Shown here: positions 46,944-57,100 of the stretch, piece after piece
How the letters are laid out: each line of letters begins with the position of its first letter
Position numbering within the stretch: the stretch's first letter is position 1
NCBI GenBank assembly: GCA_035267045.1
Contig: DATFMH010000146.1
Span: forward strand, 6,157 to 70,156
Direction of reading: 5' to 3'
From: Balneolales bacterium
GTDB lineage: Bacteria > Bacteroidota > Rhodothermia > Balneolales > DATFMH01
DNA: 64,000 bases
Translations under genes and position numbers: made by a program
Notes under the pieces: model-generated
Told to the model about the DNA's origin: nothing
What the model saw: only the letters and a program-made list of their open reading frames with translations
Databases searched by the model: none

Positions 46944-47795
46944 ATGTCTTTAATTTATAATGAGTATTATCATAAGACAACTGGTTTAACTGTAGGACTT
47001 CATAAACTCCTTTTTTCCGAACAATCACCATATCAATTGGTGGAGGTATATGAAACGGATACATGGGGTAACATGATGACTATAGATGGCATGGTTATGC
47101 TGTCTGAAAAAGATGAATTTGTCTATCATGAAATGTTAACGCATGTTGCCATGTTTAGTCATCCACATCCTGAAAAAGTATTAATTATAGGGGGTGGAGA
47201 CGGGGGAAGTGCCCGTGAAATATTGAAACATCAGCATGTAAAACAGGTTGATATGGTTGAAATTGATGAAACGGTAGTACGTGCATCCAAACAATTTCTG
47301 CCTGATGTAGGTGATTTCGATAATCCCAAACTGAATGTTATATACGATGATGGTATAGCTTTCGTCAAAAAAGCCGGTAATACCTATGATGTTATCGTCA
47401 TTGACGGCTCGGATCCGGTCGGGCCGGCCGAAGGATTATTTCAGCAGCAGTTTTTTGAGTATTGTCATAATGCATTAACCGAAAATGGGGTATTGACGGC
47501 TCAAACGGAAAGTCCCTGGGTAGACAGTTATCATGACAGTATTCGACAGGTGAGCCAGGCACTGAATAATACATTCGATGTATCCAAACTCTATCTGGCT
47601 TTTATTCCTTTATACCCGACAGGAATGTGGTCGATGGCATATGCCGCTAAAGGAATAGATCCACATGAACAATCTGTTATTGATAGAGTTAAAAAAGGAT
47701 GCAGGGTATTTGAAAATTCTTTAAGGTATTATAATTTAGAAATGCATACAGGTTCTTTCGCATTGCCAAATTTTGTGAAAGATATTATAAAGTAA
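46944..47795 (+). CDS. speE: spermidine synthase / aminopropyltransferase
   Basis: IIGGGDGGSAREILKH, VEIDETVV and VIVIDGSDPVGPAEGLF are typical of SpeE. Confidence 0.85.
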   Translation: MSLIYNEYYHKTTGLTVGLHKLLFSEQSPYQLVEVYETDTWGNMMTIDGMVMLSEKDEFVYHEMLTHVAMFSHPHPEKVLIIGGGDGGSAREILKHQHVKQVDMVEIDETVVRASKQFLPDVGDFDNPKLNVIYDDGIAFVKKAGNTYDVIVIDGSDPVGPAEGLFQQQFFEYCHNALTENGVLTAQTESPWVDSYHDSIRQVSQALNNTFDVSKLYLAFIPLYPTGMWSMAYAAKGIDPHEQSVIDRVKKGCRVFENSLRYYNLEMHTGSFALPNFVKDIIK

Positions 47796-47849
47796 TAAAG
47801 TGAACATAATATCACTTTACAGTAAGGTAATCAGATAGGATATTAAGGT

Positions 47850-49613
47850 ATGAAAAATCGACTTTCATACCTTTTTTTTATGCTATTGTGGATTACGGTT
47901 GTATTTCAACCAGCCTATTCCCAAAATTCGGTAAGTGCTGATAAAATTCAGATATCCTGGTTAGTGAGCGGGCATCGGCAACGATTACCGGACAGTCTTT
48001 CAAAAACTTCTGTACGGGATACATCAATCATCTTACCACATATCCGTAGTTATATTCTGCATCAATTCTACTATTCCGGCTTTTTTTCCGGTTCTATTGA
48101 TTCGGAAAGGATTACTAAAAACGGTAGACAATCAGAATATAAATTTTTTACTACACGAAATAGCCGATACATCACCGGTAGTATTGTATTAAATAATACC
48201 ACAAAGGATTCTACGGGTATTCTTGCGGATTGGCACCCTGAATACCTTAAGAAAGGGAAGGGTTATAGTCAGAAGGAATTGGAAGAGGATATAAATCGCC
48301 TGATAAAAATATATGAAGAGGCAGGATATCCATTAGTCAGGATTGATATAGCACATATTGAACTTAAATCGAATCCGGAGGAGGTAAATATCAATCTGAA
48401 AGTTGATAGCGGGCCTAAAGTCATTATAAGTGGTGTGATTATTTCAAATGTGAAGAAGAACGATCCGAAGTACCTGGCAAAGATAACTGGTATAAGAGAT
48501 TCATCTTTTGCTACTCCTCATGTTCTCGAAATGGGACGTTTAAACTTACAAAACTCTGATCTGTTCGAATCAGTGAGTACTGGTAATGTCATAGAGAGAG
48601 AGGGTCAATATTATATCCAATACAAAGTTGATGAGAAAAATCCAAATGCATTTGATTTATTAGTCGGATATGTACCCAAACCAAACGGTGGTGGGACGAT
48701 TGTAGGCAACGGTGACCTGCTTTTGCGAAATGCCATATGGAATGGCAGTAAATTACAGCTTTCATTTAATCGTCTGCAGAAATATGTTACGAAGCTAAAT
48801 ATCGGATATCATAAAAATTGGCTCTTTAATATTCCGTTTGGTATAGGCGGAAATTTTCATTTTTTACAACAGGATACCACTTATCAAATTCGGGATTTAA
48901 CTTTACAGAGCACCTATAATCTAAATTCAGCTACACAGATATCGGCAAGTGTTCGTCGCCAGGTTGTCGCGACTAATGCCAATATTGCTAATCCACCTGC
49001 TGTTCTTGATGGCAATGCTGTTTTCGGTGGACTTGGCCTATCCTATCAAAACATTGATAATCTTTTAGTTCCGCAAAGGGGAGTTAAGTTAACCATTAAA
49101 ATTGAAACAGGAGTAAAACGAATATCGGATAACAGATTTATTCAGGATACTACCGATGCGAGAATACCTCAGAAGATATTACATTTTGATCTTCAGCCAT
49201 ATTTCAACCCTTTTAGGCGGCAGGTGTTAACATTTTCTATTCATGGTTATTTCATTGAGTCAAAATATTTTACAGAAAGCGACCTATACCGTTTTGGTGG
49301 AGCAAATTCATTCAGGGGATATCGGGAAGATCAGTTTAAAGCATCGAGGATGCTATGGGGGGATGTTGAATATCGTTATCTGTTGGATCCGACTAGTTAT
49401 GCTTTTGTATTTGGTGCGGATGGTACATATTTGCGTCCACGATTAACCATTAGAGATAAAACAATGGCTAAACAAGTAGGATGGCTGCATTCGTATGGAA
49501 TAGGTTTTTCGTTTCATACCCGATTGGGTCAGTTGAAGTTTACATATGCCAAATCACCGGAAGATTCCTTTTCAAATGCGAAGGTTCACATAAGTATCAG
49601 CGGTAATATTTAA
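47850..49613 (+). CDS. Omp85/BamA-family outer membrane protein (surface antigen D15-like)
   Basis: Signal peptide, POTRA-like region, C-terminal beta-barrel with RFGGANSFRGY and a terminal aromatic-rich strand. Confidence 0.7.
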   Translation: MKNRLSYLFFMLLWITVVFQPAYSQNSVSADKIQISWLVSGHRQRLPDSLSKTSVRDTSIILPHIRSYILHQFYYSGFFSGSIDSERITKNGRQSEYKFFTTRNSRYITGSIVLNNTTKDSTGILADWHPEYLKKGKGYSQKELEEDINRLIKIYEEAGYPLVRIDIAHIELKSNPEEVNINLKVDSGPKVIISGVIISNVKKNDPKYLAKITGIRDSSFATPHVLEMGRLNLQNSDLFESVSTGNVIEREGQYYIQYKVDEKNPNAFDLLVGYVPKPNGGGTIVGNGDLLLRNAIWNGSKLQLSFNRLQKYVTKLNIGYHKNWLFNIPFGIGGNFHFLQQDTTYQIRDLTLQSTYNLNSATQISASVRRQVVATNANIANPPAVLDGNAVFGGLGLSYQNIDNLLVPQRGVKLTIKIETGVKRISDNRFIQDTTDARIPQKILHFDLQPYFNPFRRQVLTFSIHGYFIESKYFTESDLYRFGGANSFRGYREDQFKASRMLWGDVEYRYLLDPTSYAFVFGADGTYLRPRLTIRDKTMAKQVGWLHSYGIGFSFHTRLGQLKFTYAKSPEDSFSNAKVHISISGNI

Positions 49614-49723
49614 CGTGAGGTTTGAATAATATTTTTATCGCTTCGATCATTTAACAATTATAACTATATACCCTTATAAACACATCTGCAAGATAGCTTG
49701 CGGTTGTAAGTATATTCAAAACC

Positions 49724-49927
49724 TTTCCGGATGCCCGATCGGGGCCGGCAGTGCTCCGATGCTTTTTCGGAGGCATGACATTCGATAACGGTTTTGGAGC
49801 AGAATACTTTTGGTTCGTTTATAAACCTTTACTTCAAGCTCTTAGTATAGTCATTCCTCGCTTGACAGGGAATGACAAAGTAGGGTTGCTTTTCCTCCTC
49901 GTTCCCAACGTTTTCGTTGGGAATGCC
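49724..49927. repeat. cluster of three GC-rich hairpin (REP-like) modules between convergent genes
   Basis: Module 1, 49724-49780: contains the 10-bp palindrome CCCGATCGGG and CTCCG-9 nt-CGGAG. Module 2, 49850-49876: GTCATTCC-TCGCTTGACA-GGGAATGAC. Module 3, 49902-49923: TTCCCAACG-TTTT-CGTTGGGAA, a perfect 9-bp stem. Confidence 0.6.
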
Positions 49928-49946
49928 AATTCTAATAACTCAACAA

Positions 49947-51149
49947 CTAAATTTCCGTTTTCATGTTATAGAGTATGGAATCGGCAGAAATAAGAGCAAC
50001 GGTAATGGTTGAAAAGACGATGACTGATAAGATTGGAGCCCAGATCACCAAACCGCCAATGGTACCTAAAACGGCACCCAGATATTGAATATATTGCAAT
50101 TGTTCATTGGTGGTACCTTTAATCAACATCTCGAGACGACTTTCATCCAGTTTTAAAATATTTTCTTCGATAAGCTCACGTACATCCAACTCATTGATCA
50201 TCGTAAAGATAAGTTGTGTTACCAATGATTCTATATTATCGCTATGATATTCTATCGTTTCCGGCAACTGGTCGAGTACATCATCGATTCGGTACATTTC
50301 ATCTACCAGTTGATCCGGTATCTTTCGTAGAGCTTCGTCGATCATTTTTTCGGCTTCCCGTCCGCGTATTAACCGGTAAGCTTTCAGGGCTAATTTTTCA
50401 AAACTGTTTTCTTCAACGGCTGAATCTAATTGATTGATAATACCATCGGCTAATGATTGGCGGAAATCGTCATCATTCATACGATCACGTATATACCAAA
50501 TGATCAATTGCTTTAATTCATCCCTGAAATCATCATTTTCAACAATCTTTTGAAGATAATGTAACGATTTCTTTCGGTAGGTTGTTATGATATCCGTATC
50601 CGATATCTTTTCTTTTATTATCTCGGGATTGATGAGATCACGAGATACCGCCTCGGCTAATCGATAGGCTATACGTGGTTTTTGAGAGGGGATGAGTCCC
50701 TGACCCAAAACAGGACGTTTTTTCAATGGACGGAACAACATGGTAATAGCTAACCAGTTTGTACCATACCCAATAAGTCCGCTAACAGATATTATCCTTA
50801 TGATTCCATCGAGTTTGTAATTAAAACCGGCGAGAATGAAATGATAATTGGGGAAATCCCAGAAAAAGGAAAAAATAAAGAAAGCTATAAGAATATAGGG
50901 GTAGGTAAGGAGCAGTTTCATCCAAAAAGGGTGCCCATACCGTTGTCTGTTTAGATTCGAATTCTGTCCGTTTGATCCGGATTTATCATCATGATCACTC
51001 TCCGGACCATATTTCACGAATAACTCCCAGATACTTTGAAGATAGCTTTTTTCCTCGTTATCCTCGTTATCCGTCGTTTGAACTCCGTTAACACCTGAAG
51101 ACTGATCTTCTATTTCTATTGTTCTATCCTTATCCATATAACTATGCAA
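49947..51149 (-). CDS. DUF445 family membrane protein
   Basis: TM segments plus MLFRPLKKRPVLGQGLIPSQKPRIAYRLAEAVSRDL (DUF445-like core). Acidic N-terminal region. Confidence 0.6.
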   Translation of the reverse strand: MHSYMDKDRTIEIEDQSSGVNGVQTTDNEDNEEKSYLQSIWELFVKYGPESDHDDKSGSNGQNSNLNRQRYGHPFWMKLLLTYPYILIAFFIFSFFWDFPNYHFILAGFNYKLDGIIRIISVSGLIGYGTNWLAITMLFRPLKKRPVLGQGLIPSQKPRIAYRLAEAVSRDLINPEIIKEKISDTDIITTYRKKSLHYLQKIVENDDFRDELKQLIIWYIRDRMNDDDFRQSLADGIINQLDSAVEENSFEKLALKAYRLIRGREAEKMIDEALRKIPDQLVDEMYRIDDVLDQLPETIEYHSDNIESLVTQLIFTMINELDVRELIEENILKLDESRLEMLIKGTTNEQLQYIQYLGAVLGTIGGLVIWAPILSVIVFSTITVALISADSILYNMKTEI

Positions 51150-51163
51150 ATCATAATGTTCAT

Positions 51164-52591
51164 TTATGATAAACGTAACATAGACGTAATACGTTGTATA
51201 ACATCTAAAAGTTTTGAGTCAGGCCATTTTATATCGGTATATACACTGTTTTTAATATAAGTAAGAGAATCTGAAAGCAAATTAGGTTTAGAAATGAACT
51301 GAGAAGAAAATTTAGCCAACATATCCTGATTGGGAAATATGCATGAACTTTTTATTGTAATCCAACCATCTTCTAATAGTGTATCAAGTATAGCCCCGTA
51401 ACCGGAGGGTCGTGCTGATTTATAATCTGTAAGATAATTCAAATAATCAGAGATGCGTATTACAGGTTGAATTTCATCACCTATTTTAAGAAGTGAGCTG
51501 GAGAAGACATTAATTGGATAATTTCGTGAATTGTTATTCAATTGATATATATAATACTCATGCTGTTCCGGCATCTGCAAGATCTTAATATGATGATCAT
51601 ATATTTTATGATAAATATCGTAATACTTTTTACGAATGAGCGGCCTGACTTCAGAAGGGATAATTTCTATGCTAATTGGATGAATACTTTCATGAGGATA
51701 ATAATCATCCAGACGCTGCCATAAGGAATTGGGTAGAAATGTTTCCGGAGAATGAGTCTTTATCCAGTTTTGATAATGGCTATACCATGTCTGTTCATAA
51801 TATCCGGTAGCCTGTGTTCGGGGATAACTGATCAACCCGTTATGTAAATCTTCCGGAATGAGTGTGAAAAGATGATTTAAATCATCTTGAAGTTGACGGT
51901 AGGATATGTCAGGTGAATGCAGATTTTGGAGGATATCAGCAGTATTCCACGGATTCTTTATTGAATAGCGCTTATTAATCGAGACATCATTCACTTGTAA
52001 TTTATCATGTATCGAGATAGGCGCCGTTTGCTCTGATTCTATGACTGCAGGATTCAATGGATCATTTTCAAGGAAAAAACGTGTATGTATGCCATTATTG
52101 AACAAGTTCAGCGTTAATAATTTGATCCAGGCCAATTTACCCAACCTATGCTGCATCTTTTTTTGAATGAGCAGGTTACATATAAAACGATTTTTTAAAC
52201 CTATAACATTATGCTCTTCATAAGGTTGTACATGTTCCAGTATCTCGAGGACTGAAGATTTTGAAAGGGTTTGAAGATGTCCCCTGAGCAATTGATGTCT
52301 TTTTAAATATCTGCTAATAGTGAATGCTATAAATTCCCCGGCAGAATCCGTATCGGTAGCGATAATGATACGATCAGCATAATGTGCTTTGGTTTTTATT
52401 TCTTTTCGTATATCACGTTTAGCAGGGTCCGCTTGGTATGTTAGCCGGTCGTTTTCCCAATTATATCTCGGGTACCAGCAGAAACCTCCAGTTGCAATAA
52501 CTTCCAGGTAAGGTATATTGAATTTTCGGATAATATGGGCAATAGTGGGGGACTCAACAATAAGAAGGGTATAACGATGAGTTATTGCCAA
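51164..52591 (-). CDS. miniature type IA DNA topoisomerase-like protein (Toprim + catalytic Tyr motif, no C-terminal domain)
   Basis: 475 aa. LLIVESP (Toprim Glu13), IATDTDSAGE (DxD at 80/82), GLISYPRTQ (Tyr256/Arg258, compare GYITYMRTDS), PHESIHP (compare HEAIRP), ARPSGYGAILDTLLEDGWI (compare RPSTYASIISTIQDRGYV). Confidence 0.6.
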   Translation of the reverse strand: MAITHRYTLLIVESPTIAHIIRKFNIPYLEVIATGGFCWYPRYNWENDRLTYQADPAKRDIRKEIKTKAHYADRIIIATDTDSAGEFIAFTISRYLKRHQLLRGHLQTLSKSSVLEILEHVQPYEEHNVIGLKNRFICNLLIQKKMQHRLGKLAWIKLLTLNLFNNGIHTRFFLENDPLNPAVIESEQTAPISIHDKLQVNDVSINKRYSIKNPWNTADILQNLHSPDISYRQLQDDLNHLFTLIPEDLHNGLISYPRTQATGYYEQTWYSHYQNWIKTHSPETFLPNSLWQRLDDYYPHESIHPISIEIIPSEVRPLIRKKYYDIYHKIYDHHIKILQMPEQHEYYIYQLNNNSRNYPINVFSSSLLKIGDEIQPVIRISDYLNYLTDYKSARPSGYGAILDTLLEDGWITIKSSCIFPNQDMLAKFSSQFISKPNLLSDSLTYIKNSVYTDIKWPDSKLLDVIQRITSMLRLS

Positions 52592-52620
52592 AATCGAATT
52601 AATTCCGAATAGGAAAATTA

Positions 52621-53082
52621 TTAGTTGATAGATTCATCGCCCCGAAGCAAATCGGAAGGTTTGAAAGGATTACCGTCATTTTCAAAAAACATGTGTGTTA
52701 CGACTTCCTTAATTTTATTCAGAGAAACACGTTCCGTAGAATGTAGCATGACTTTTTCAATGATTTTTTCCATCGATTCATAGTCAAGTAGCCCGATATT
52801 CATTAACTCCAATAAAAAACCATAGGCTTCCGTAGTTATTACCATTCGTTCAGCAATATGCAGGATACGATGAGGATATTTATTCGTTCCGATGATTTTA
52901 TTCCGTTTAATCATCTTATCCAGTTCACCGGAATCATTTTTTTGCAGAACCCATGAATAGGCAGCACTTATTTCCGATCGGTCATATTGTTTAAACGTAT
53001 TTAAATCGATATCATTAATATGCTCACCAACCTGGATATGCTCTATCAAATAAATAATAATATCAATAACGTTATTCCTCAT
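52621..53082 (-). CDS. smg: Smg protein (DUF494)
   Basis: VIDIIIYLIEHI N-terminus and RILHIAERMVITTEAYGFLLELMNIGLLDYESMEKIIEKVM align by eye with E. coli Smg. Confidence 0.7.
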   Translation of the reverse strand: MRNNVIDIIIYLIEHIQVGEHINDIDLNTFKQYDRSEISAAYSWVLQKNDSGELDKMIKRNKIIGTNKYPHRILHIAERMVITTEAYGFLLELMNIGLLDYESMEKIIEKVMLHSTERVSLNKIKEVVTHMFFENDGNPFKPSDLLRGDESIN

Positions 53083-53545
53083 AAGGCATCTTCAATAAAT
53101 TCAGATAATAATTTTCTTTTCCATGCATCAATTGTATTTCTGACTCCGTTTGGTCATCATAACCTATCAAATGCAGTAATCCATGCACCAATATACGAAA
53201 AAACTCAGTCTTAACGGGTTGCTCAAATTCTTTTGCTTGTTCAAATATCCGTGGTGCACAACAATATAAAGTACCCTCAATACTCTCCGCTTCATCTTCG
53301 GTATAGTGAAAAGAGATTATATCAGTTACGTAATCCCTGTTAAGATATTTGCTGTTTACATCAATAATCCCTTCCTCATCAACATAAACAAGTTCCACGA
53401 AATTAAATGATCGGGATTCTCCAACACTCACAGATGAAAGTACGTTTTGAGCTTCCTTTTCATTAATGGGAACATCCAGGTTTGTCTCATTAAACAGATT
53501 TATGATTCCGGATGCTGGTTTATGAGTCATATAAAAAGGTTTCAA
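53072..53545 (-). CDS. ybeY: rRNA maturation endoribonuclease YbeY (third metal ligand Asp instead of His)
   Basis: 157 aa. ILVHGLLHLIGYDD matches the YbeY HGxLHLxGYDH motif, with the last His replaced by Asp. Confidence 0.8.
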   Translation of the reverse strand: MKPFYMTHKPASGIINLFNETNLDVPINEKEAQNVLSSVSVGESRSFNFVELVYVDEEGIIDVNSKYLNRDYVTDIISFHYTEDEAESIEGTLYCCAPRIFEQAKEFEQPVKTEFFRILVHGLLHLIGYDDQTESEIQLMHGKENYYLNLLKMPYEE

Positions 53546-53563
53546 ATATGAGAATTGAGTTAT

Positions 53564-54019
53564 TTAATCCTCATCAAAACTAAAACCATCGAGATCAATA
53601 GTATCCGTTAACGACAAGGCGACACTACACATCATGACTTCTGTAGGGAGTTTGGTAAAATCACCGGTAAGCAACGATTCATTGACATTGGCATATAAAC
53701 TACAACCGGCTTCTTTTTCAACGATCAAACCCGAAACTTTTCCCTGGCTTTTTCCAAAAAAAGTAACCTGGTTTAAGAGGTCGCTAACAATAAAACCGGT
53801 ACAATTATGCAGCTGAAGAAAAGTGTTTTGGGCATATACCGATACCATATTCATCGTTTCTCCATCCACATCGAGACCGATATGAATTTCAAGGGCTAAT
53901 TTTCTGCCCGATTGTTCATTAACAATTTCCAATCTTGAAACGTCACCTATTCGTTTAACCTTTGTATCAAAGATTTTACCAATTAAGTCGATGTTTTCAG
54001 CACTGAATTCATTTATCAT
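53564..54019 (-). CDS. hypothetical protein (151 aa, acidic C-terminus)
   Basis: Clean ORF 18 bp upstream of ybeY on the same strand. I recognise no motif. Confidence 0.5.
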   Translation of the reverse strand: MINEFSAENIDLIGKIFDTKVKRIGDVSRLEIVNEQSGRKLALEIHIGLDVDGETMNMVSVYAQNTFLQLHNCTGFIVSDLLNQVTFFGKSQGKVSGLIVEKEAGCSLYANVNESLLTGDFTKLPTEVMMCSVALSLTDTIDLDGFSFDED

Positions 54020-54150
54020 AATATGCTGATTCTAATATATCCTGATTGATTGTAAGAGAGTATAATTAAGCAACAAAATAATATACTATTCTGTCAGCTA
54101 ACAATAAATCTCTTATATCATACGATAAAATTCAAAAAAGGGATTCACTT

Positions 54151-57100
54151 TTAATTAATATACATCCGATCAATAAGTTTTTTATTCTGATCAGCCGTTT
54201 TCGGGAAACCTACTAAATTTTGAGTCAGGCTGTCACCTATTGTTGCAACATCCTTAGCCTTAGTTGTGTCATTAGATATGTAATAGATTCTCTGCAGAAC
54301 AAACAACCTGCTGGATGCATAATAAACATTTCTTAGTAGGTTTTTCCTGTTTTGAGAAAGATTTGATGCCTGTGCTTTCAGTTTACGGCTTTTATCAATA
54401 TCGGCATTCATCCTGGCTTTTTTGCTTGCCGTCTGCAAATCCGATACTTTTGCCATTAACTTATTAAGATCAGTCATCGCATAACCCAATTCGGATTTGA
54501 GTTTGGGATAAGCCATTTCACCTAAACGAACAGCATCCGCTGTATCACCGGCCAACGCATATTTATAAGCGTATCGTATCATGGATCCCTGACTACCATG
54601 CACATGAGTGAAGGGTATGTTACTTTCACCCCATTTCAACCATTTAACAGCACTGTCCGGATCATTTTTCGATAGAAACGTTGTTGCTTCATTGGCAATC
54701 AACTCTCTGTCATTGTCGACCATCCTGCGTATATTTTCGTCAAGATATACATGTGGATTATTCAAGCCTCTGAATTTAAAAGATCGGAGGCGTTCACCAT
54801 TGATTTTTGTATCGACATACGGACTGTGGCCTGGATTTTTATGAGGAACCACACGATAAGCATCACCCTGCAACCTGAAATAGGACTGTAAATTCAATTG
54901 GCTGTTACGTGCAACCGTTACAGCGAAATAGACGGGACGGGCCCATTTGTTATTTTTCAATATATTCAATACTACATCATCATGAATCATGGTGTAGTAA
55001 AGTTTCTTGCCGGAACGATTTTGTCCGAGGTAACGTCCTTTATAGTGCCATGTTACGACACTGTCCAGAGAGTCAATCGGTATGCTATACTCCAATTTTG
55101 GTGACCGCAGGACATAATTGGTCCTTTTAACTTTCCCAATATGGCCTTCCTCAGCATACTTCTCCGTATCATTGGGATCCGCGAAACGATATCTCAGATA
55201 CTTTTTATCAACCGGGATGGTTATCTGATGTGGTGTGTAAAAATCAGATGGTTTATCGAAATTAAATTTCTGAGATAATTTATCAAGTTGTTTATTCGTA
55301 AACGTAATGGGGAGTGGGGGAGATTTATGCGACCATTCGTCCCGCAATTGTTTGATATACCATTTGGTATCCAATAAACTCAGACAGACAACACGTACAT
55401 CGGTCCTGACATGCCGAACTTCCTGTAAGTACCATAAGGGAAACGTATCATTATCACCATTTGTAAAGAGTATGGAATATGGAGCACAGGAGTTCAATAA
55501 ATTATATGCATAATCGGACGCCACATATCTTTTACTCCTGTCATGGTCATTATAATTTTCACGCAACATGTTAAAAGGTACGGCAATAAAACAGAGTCCT
55601 ACCAGTCCGTACATTACGAACTTATTTCTTTTAAGACTGTCTTTAGCCAGTTCAACCAATCCGGTAACACCTATACCTATCCATATAGAGTAGGCGAAAA
55701 ATGATCCTACGTACGAATAATCCCTTTCACGTGGTTGAAACGGATATTGATTTAAATAGATAATGATGGCGATTCCCGTCATTATAAATAACGCCAGAAC
55801 ACTCAGAGCTCGCTTCCAGTCTTTCTGAAAATGGAAAATGAGGCCTATTATCCCCAATAGAAATGGCAGAAAATAATAAACGTTATGAGCCGGATTATTT
55901 TTATACCGGCTGTTAGATGAAAATCCGGTTGCTACTCCAGTATCCTGAATATCACTTTGCCTTCCAATAAACTGCCAGGCAAAATAGCGCAGGTACATGT
56001 GTCCGATCTGATAATTCCAGAAGAAATCCCAGTCGCTGTTATATTGAGCATATTTATTAAGATACGATTGCTGCTGACCATCATACCGTCGGGGAAATAA
56101 AACTTTATGACTGCGATCAATTCTACCCAAATCGTTACTGTAATCATAGCCATAAAATAGCGGGGTCTTGCCATATTGTGTTCTGTTAATGTAATTAACA
56201 AAGGCTTGAACGGTTTGAGGGTCGTTTTCATCGATAGGTGGATTCTGCTGTGAACGTATCATTACCAGTGCATAACTGGAAAATCCTATAACTATCATCG
56301 CATAACACATAAAAGCGATATTGAGCAATCGCAAATTCTTTTTATTAGTGTAATAGATGGCATATACGAGGATAGCTAAAAATAAAATTAGGAATACCGG
56401 TGTTGAAATGAGGCCTAATGTAGCATTTGATATATATCCCGAGAGTTTAGGTATCTCAGAAATAGTTATTGGATAAATCAATAACAAGGTAGCTGACGCG
56501 ATCAATGCCGCTACAATAAAAGTAGTAATCTTAAAATCAAATTTTTTGAAATATATGATAGGTACAACAAAGAAAATAGCCAGCAAATTAAGTAGGTGTA
56601 CACCTACTGCCAAACCAAACATATAAGAGATCAATACCAGCCAACGCTCGTTATACGGACTATCGTGGTTTTCCGCCCATTTCAATACCAGCCAAACAAC
56701 CATCGCCAGGAAGAAGAGAGAAGTGGCAAAGACGTTACTTTCAACAGCATTGAACCAAAATGAATCGGTTACAGCGAATGTGATAGCTCCCAATATCCCA
56801 CCGGCATACATACCAACTTTATCGAAAGTGGAGTATTCATCCGGATTTCCCTTGAATTCTTTAATAAGCAGAACAATGATCAGGTAAAGAAGCATCACCG
56901 TAAAGGCAGAAGCCAATCCGCTCATAAAATTCATAAATAGAGCGACTTTACTTGCCGGGGCGAACATTGAGAAAAGGTGTCCCAGCAATAAAAAAAGTGG
57001 TGCACCGGGCGGATGGGTTATTTCCAGTCCATGGGCAACGGCAATGAATTCACCGGGATCCCAAAAACTCGCTGTTGGTGCCAGCGTTGATACATAAATG

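Noticed and set aside
49751-49993. 80-aa ORF MLRCFFGG...SIVIPRLTGNDK...VPNVFVGNA
   Set aside because: It is built entirely from the GC-rich hairpin repeat modules and overlaps the 3' end of the DUF445 gene. Peptides of this kind are the usual artefact of REP-like elements.
51164-52591. The Toprim protein as a defence-system nuclease (OLD/Gabija/PARIS/JetD-like)
   Set aside because: Beyond Toprim it carries the type IA-specific Tyr-x-Arg, HExIxP and RPSxY motifs in the correct order. It sits in a housekeeping operon (ybeY-smg). No ATPase or other defence partner is adjacent.
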